A stretch of 57,197 nucleotides of DNA, taken from NCBI GenBank assembly GCA_002633005.1, contig NMRA01000223.1, positions 105,512 through 162,708 of the forward strand, read 5' to 3'. The notes beneath the pieces are model-generated. The model made no database searches. It saw only the letters and a list, made by a program, of their open reading frames with translations, and was not told where the DNA came from. Positions 50,701 through 57,197 of this stretch are shown in pieces. The first letter of the stretch is position 1, and each line of letters starts with the position of its first letter. The translations under genes were made by a program, and so were the position numbers. Source of the stretch: Phoronis australis (taxonomy: Eukaryota > Animalia > Phoronida).

Positions 50701-53700
50701 CAAATTCTGCCTGCCACCTCATCTCAGACCTAGGCCTACAATATTTGTTTAGCACAAAAGTGTTGAAAATATGTTTGGGCCCTTTTTGTCTGCAAGTAAT
50801 AATTTCACAAACATTGGAATAGAGAGTGCGTAGAAGGAAAAAAACTAGTTACCAGAGACATCTCTCTCTTTCACACAAAAGGTGCAACTTCTATGCAATG
50901 TAATGCGCCTGTACCCCCATACTGCATGTGTGCACACCACGCGCAGAGTTGTAAGTGCCCATACGCAATTGCGTTCTAGTTCTTATTTTTACTCTGCGCG
51001 TGCAAACGCAGAGTTTTACTGTTCTACGTATTTTATCTTCTTACTATTCTTCTTATTCTTCTTATTCTTTCTTCCTTTTCAGATTGTTATAACTCTTACA
51101 TCGATTCACTTACAATAATAATATCCACTCCGTTTTATACGATAATCAAGGGATTTCTATTGATGATAAAGTTTTGACACAATATGCACGGGAATGACCC
51201 AAACCGTGTCAGGGAGTATAATTATTCCGTTAAAATACTTCTTCTTCTACAGGTTTTTAGATAGACTCTTCGATATTTGCTAACAAGTAGGCACTAGAGA
51301 TCTGCTTCCGAAATTTATTTGGTATTCCAATCGGATGAAGGAAATTGAGTTTCTGGGTCAAAGATCATTAAGTGCAAAAGTGATTTTTGAGCTAGATCTT
51401 TCGTTATCACGCAACATTCATAACGGAAGTTCAGTCACAAACATTGGGGTCACTAAGTGTAACTTTGGGGTCATTAAATGCAGTTTTCTGTTAAATTTAA
51501 GACTTTTTGCAATCAGGTCGAACTGATGCAGTAGGGAGATCGTTCATATTCATGGTGGTTCAACCAAATGCCAATCAGATTCTATTGATCACATGGATTT
51601 GACTCAAAATGCACCGGAATAACCGGAAACGGGTAAAGGGGTTCATTCCTTCAAATTGCTTCGTCTTCTACAGGTTTTTAGAAAGACTCTTCCAATTTTG
51701 TAAACAAGTACGTACCAACTAAGTGCTTCTGAAATTTTCTTGGATTTTCAACCGGATCAAGGTAACTCAGTTAAGGCGTCAAAGGTCATTATGTGCAAAG
51801 GTGATCTTTGAGCTAGATCTTTCAAAAATACGCATACACCTGTATGGTTACCATCCATAAAGGAAGTTCAGTTACAAACTTTGAGTTCACTAAGTGCATC
51901 TTTGGGGTCATTAAGTGCAGTATTCTGATAAACTTAAGATATTTTCAATCAGCTTGTGCTTAAAAGGTGGATTAGGGAGAGCATTTACAGTCGTGGTGGG
52001 TCAACCAATTGCCGATCAAATTCTTTTGATCACATTGATTTGACTCAAAAGGCACCGGATTGACCCGAAATTGGTCAAGGAGTGCATTCCACCAATTTCC
52101 TACACTATAGGTTTTTAGATAGACTCTCCGAATTTTGATAACAAGCAGGCACTACAGATCTGCAACCGAAATTTAAGTGGAATTTGAATTGGTTCGAGGG
52201 TACCGAGTTTCCGGGTCAAAGGTCATTAAGTACAAAAGTGATTTTTGAGGTAGATTTTACAAAATCCCGTGTATAGTTTTCATTCGTAAAGAAAATTCAG
52301 TAACAAACTTTGAGGTCTTTAGGTGCAACTGGGCGGTCATTAGGAACAGCTTTCCGTTGATATTCTTGCTCTTCGCTCTTGGTCTTTCATACTTGCCAGG
52401 GACATCTCTCTAACACAAAGGATGCAACTTTTTGCAATGTAATGCCCCTATACTTCACTATGCACATGCATACACCAGGCGCAGAGTTGTAAGTGCGAAT
52501 ACGCAATTGCGCTCTAGTTACTCCGCGTACAAGCGCAGAGTACTGTTGTTCCTGGGTTTTATTCAATTTTATGCTTCTTATTCTTATTCTTATTCTTCTT
52601 CCGATCAACTTCGAGGCTTAATGACTCCAAAATGGGTGCAAGTATGTTCTTTAAATTCTGCATGTGACTTTTGGCAGTACATAAATTTTGATTCGTTATA
52701 TAATCATAATCCATATTGCACCGGAAGAGGTCGTTTGGTGCAAAGGTCAAATAATATTGAAAATGCTACATCTCTTTCAGTTTGAAAGCTAACTTTTTCA
52801 AATTCGGTGCACAGGTATAAGTCATTATGACAATTTAAAAATATTTTCCTAAGTAGTCGAATCATCCAATCAGGTGAAAAAGGTCAAAGGTCATTACGAG
52901 CAAATTAAAATTTTGAGCGAGACCCTTTAAATTGACAGGTCTGATTGGCACAAGTAGTTCAATTTGGAATCCAAAGTTTGAGGTCATTAAGTGCAAACAC
53001 GGGGTCATTAGGTGCATTTTTCTTCTGAAAATTTTACCTTTTCAATCATCAAGTATTCTGATGTGTCAACCGTGAGATAACTGTGATTGTCAGCATTAAA
53101 CACATTTTTATGGGCTTTGCAACAATTCTTCCTAAGACGCTTATAATGCACAGACTAGGGTCAATTAGTGCAAAGGTCATGTAACGATCAAAATGTTATA
53201 TCTCTTACATTTTTCAAGAAATTATTTTCAATATCATCACACAAGGGTATGTCAGCATGCCAATTGAATAACCTACTTTACGTAGCATTAGGCCTAACCA
53301 ATCAGAAAAAAATAGGTCAAAAGTCAGTGAGTGCAAACTAAAATTTCGAGCTAGAGACTTCAAAGTTAAATGTCTGTTTACAATTATTTCCTCATCGGGG
53401 CTCATATTGCACCTGAAGATGTCAATTAGCGGAAAGGTCATAATGATGTTAACATGTAAGTTCTCCTTGCTTTTCAAAGAATTCCTTTTCAAATTGGCAA
53501 AGGGTTGTTGTCTGTATTTTCTCATAACAATTCCAGTATTACGCAAGCGCAGGGTCCATTATTGTCAAGCAGTGACAATAACCTTTCTGGTCATTATTGT
53601 TATTCTTCTTCCTTCCTTTTCAGATTGTTAGTACTTTTACTTCGATTCGATAACAAAATTCATATTCACTGTGGTTCATAGGTTCATCATTGGTCTTTTT

Positions 53701-56700
53701 CTGATTATAATGGTTTGACCTGAAATGCACCGGATTGACCTGAAACGGGTCAAGGAGTGCATTTTTACAAAACACTTTTTCTACAGGTTTTTAGATAGAC
53801 TCTTCGAATTTTGGTATCAAGTAAGCAATATAGACATGCATCCGAAATTTACTTGGAATTCCAATTGTATGAAGGGAATTGAGTTTCCACGTCAAAGGTC
53901 ATTAAGTGCTAAAGTGATTTTTGAGCTATACCTTTCAAAGTCTTGCATAAGAGTACCATTCATAAAGGAAGTTCTGTCACAAAATTTTGGGGCAACTACT
54001 GCATTTTTTAGGTTATTAAGTGCGGTTTACTGTTATATTTAAGGCTTTTGCAATCACCTTGTACCTGAATGATGCATTAGGGAAAGCGTTCAATTTGATG
54101 GTGTTTCAACCAATTGCCGATCAAATTCTATTGATCACATGGATTTGACTCAAAATGCACCGGATTGACCCGAAATGGGTCAAGGAGTGCATTCTGTCAA
54201 ATTGCTTTTTCTTCGGCAGGATTTTAGATGGACTCTCCCCATTTTGATAACAAGCAGGCACCAGAGAAGTGCATCCTGGAATTTAACTCGGATCAAGGGA
54301 GCCGAGATTCCGGGTCGAAGGTCATTAAATTCCAAAGTGATTTTTGATCTAGACCTTACATAGTCACGTATATACTTTTCATTCGTAAAGAAATTTCAGT
54401 CACTATCTTTGGGGTTACTAGGTGCAGCTGTGCGGTCATTAGCTGCAGGTGTTAGTTGATATTTTTTCTCTTTGCCTTTGCCAGGGCATCTCTCTCTTTT
54501 ACACAAAGGATGCAACTTCTTTGCAATGTAATTTTTCTATACTTCACTATGCACATGCATACACCATGCAAGGAAATGTAAGTGCGCATACGCAATTGCG
54601 TTCTAGTTACTCTACGCTTTCAAGCGCAGAGTTTTACTGTTCTATGTATTTTATCTTCTTATTCTTTTTCTTATTATTATTATCATTATTATTCTTCTTC
54701 CTTCCTTTTCAGATTGTTAGTGCTTTTAATTAGATCCGGTAACAACTTTAATATTCACTGTGGTTCATAGGTTCATCATTGTTTTTTTATTTTAATGCTT
54801 TGACCTAAAATGCACCAGATTGACCCGAAACGGGTCAAGGAGTGCATTTTTACAAAATGCTTCTTCTTCTACAGAATTTTAGATAGACTCTTCGAATTTT
54901 GGTGACAAGAAGATTCTAGGGATCTGCATCCGAAATTTTCACGGATTTCCAGTTGGATGAAGGGAACTTAGTTTCCGGGTCAAAGGTCATTAAGTGCAAA
55001 AGTGATTTTTGATCTAGAGTTTTCGTATTCATGCATGTGACTTCCAGTCACAAGGGAAGCTCAATCAAAAGCTTTTGGGTCATAAGGTGCAACTTTGAGG
55101 TCATTTAGTGCACTTTTCTCTTAAATTTCTGACTTTCAATCTGCTCGATCTTACATTATTCATTATCGAGAGGGTTCATATTCATGGTGGTTCAAGCAAT
55201 GGCCAATCTAATTCTGTTGATCACTTGGGTTTGACTCAAAATGCACCAAAATGACCCGAAATGGGTCAAATAGTGCTTTCCGTCAAATTGCTAATTGTAC
55301 ATTTTTAAAATCTACAAATTTTGATAATTGCGTTCTTGTTCTTATTCTTCTTATCCTTCCTTTCTTTTCAGAGTGTTATTACTCTTATATCAATTCGTAA
55401 AAATCACTCATATTCATTGCGAATGATATGATCATCAAAAGATTTTTATCACTTATAATTTTGGACCTAAAATGCACCGGAATGACCCGAAAGAAGTCCA
55501 TGAGTGTATTTTGTCTAATTGCTTCTTCTTCTACAGTTTTAGATAGATTCCTCAAATTTTGTTAACAAGCAGGCACTAGAGAAGTGCATCCAAAATTTTC
55601 TTGGTAATTAAGTCGGATCAAGGGAAACGAATTTCCGGTTCAAAGGTCAGTAAGTGCAAAAGTGATATTTGCGATATACCTTACATCAACACGTATATCA
55701 TTTTCATTCGTAAAGGAAATTCAGTCACAATTTTTTGGTCATTACGTGCAACTGGGGGTCATTAAATCCAGCTTTCTGTTTTCACTCTCTCTCCTAGTTT
55801 CACATGCACGATGCAACTCCTATGCAATGTAATGCGCTTATACTTCAATCTGCACGTGCGTACACCGCGTTCAGATATGGAAGTTCGTACGGAATAGCAT
55901 CCTAGGTATTATTTTTATTCTTTCTTCATGTTTTGCGTTTTTAATTTCTTATCCTTTGATATCGATTTGCTGACAATAACCGTATTCATTGTGGTTGATA
56001 TGGTGATCATGGGATTTTTCACGATTATATTGGTTTTACCCAAAATGCACCGGGATAACCCAACTAGGGTCAAGGAGTACATTCGTTATAATTCTTGTTC
56101 TACAGGTTTTTAGATAGTCTCTTCGAATTATGTTAGCAAGTAGGCACCAGAGATCTTCATCCGAAATTTACTTGGAATATCTATCGGATAAAGGGAAGTG
56201 AGTCAAAGGTCATTAAGGGCAATATTGATTGTTGAAACCTTTCATAATCATGCATATGGTTACCATTCATAAAGGAAGTTCACTCACAGATTTTGGAGTC
56301 ACGATGTGCAACTTAGGGGTACTCAAAGGCATTTTTTTTGTAAAACTTAAGACTTTTTCAACCAGCTTGTGCATAAAAGATACATTAGGGAGAGCGTTAA
56401 TATTCATGGTGGTTTTACCAATTGTCGATCAAATTTCATTGATCACTTGGATTTGACTCAAAATACACACCGGTGACCTGAAATGGGTCAAGAAGTGCAT
56501 TCCGTCAAGTTCCTTCTTCTTCCACAGGTTTTGTAACAAGCTGTCACCACAGATCTGCATACGAAATGTACTTGGTGCAAAAATGATTTTTCAGCAAGAC
56601 CTTACATAATTATGCATATTAATTCTACTCACAAACGAAGTTCAGTCACATTCTTTGGGGTCATTAAGTGCAAGTTTGCTGTCATTAAGTGCAATTTTCT

Positions 56701-57197
56701 TTTGAAATTTAGACCGAATTTCCGGGTCAAAGGTCGTTAAGTGCAAAGTGATTTTTGAGATGTAGTCGGTGGGCCAGATCTCATAGCGTTCACCCTTGTG
56801 AGTACTTTGGGGGGGGCAACCTAGTTTTTTTCTATGTGCCTAGATAATATACCCATAAATCAAATTCCAAAAAGTTCCCACGTCTACTCTTGCACATTTT
56901 TTTTTAAAAAGGTGTTTTTGTTGCACAAAATAGGATGCGCATTCCTGCCACTCGTTGGCGCTTTTCTATTGAATTGACCAATCAGAGAGCCAGATTGTAT
57001 TGTTGTGCTTAGTTACTTCAATATGGCTGCTCCCACGGAGTGTGGTGCCTGTATAATTCAAGGTTTATCAAACAGCACAAAATTGTGATGTCAGAGCCTA
57101 AAGAAGCTTAGGAAAGCTTCCTGACGAAAGCTGATTGACTGTGGAACTCTGTAGATCAGTAGATCAAAAAGAAGAAGAGGTGTCACAAACGTTTGTG

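Larger units (their letters stand above)
43521..56760 (+). mobile_element. head-to-tail cluster of HINE/DINE-1-like element bodies with ~430-bp internal tandem repeats (interrupted ~46800-50850)
   Basis: Recurrent unit AAAATGCACCGGATTGACCCGAAA...TTTTTAGATAGACTCT...GGTCAAAGGTCATTAAGTGCAAAAG. 3' ends with sub-TIR, ACGCAATTGCGT-type hairpin and CTAG at 45877, 50979, 52517, 54606 and (degenerate) 55905; subfamily A end at 53590. Confidence 0.8.

Overview
This is AT-rich eukaryotic DNA, probably a marine invertebrate (inferred from the repeat types), from a draft assembly with gaps at 28127-28845 and 47538-48177 and a single N at 42523. No prokaryotic features, RNA genes or CRISPR arrays were found. 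One + strand host gene crosses the window as small frame-preserving exons in the order WSC (C-terminal half), WSC, kringle, 21-nt micro-exon, kringle; its start and end were not located. The rest is mostly transposon-derived. It includes a decayed PGBD3-like piggyBac with an intron-split start codon and three 16-bp palindromes, and three copies of a ~6 kb non-coding foldback-type element (two direct, one inverted). Nested in those copies are Sola3-like, MITE, LINE and Kolobok-like insertions. A Copia LTR insertion is assembled next to its empty allele. The last ~14 kb is a stack of Helentron-type (HINE/DINE-1-like) elements that appear to have inserted into one another. Family assignments come from recalled motifs only; no searches were run.
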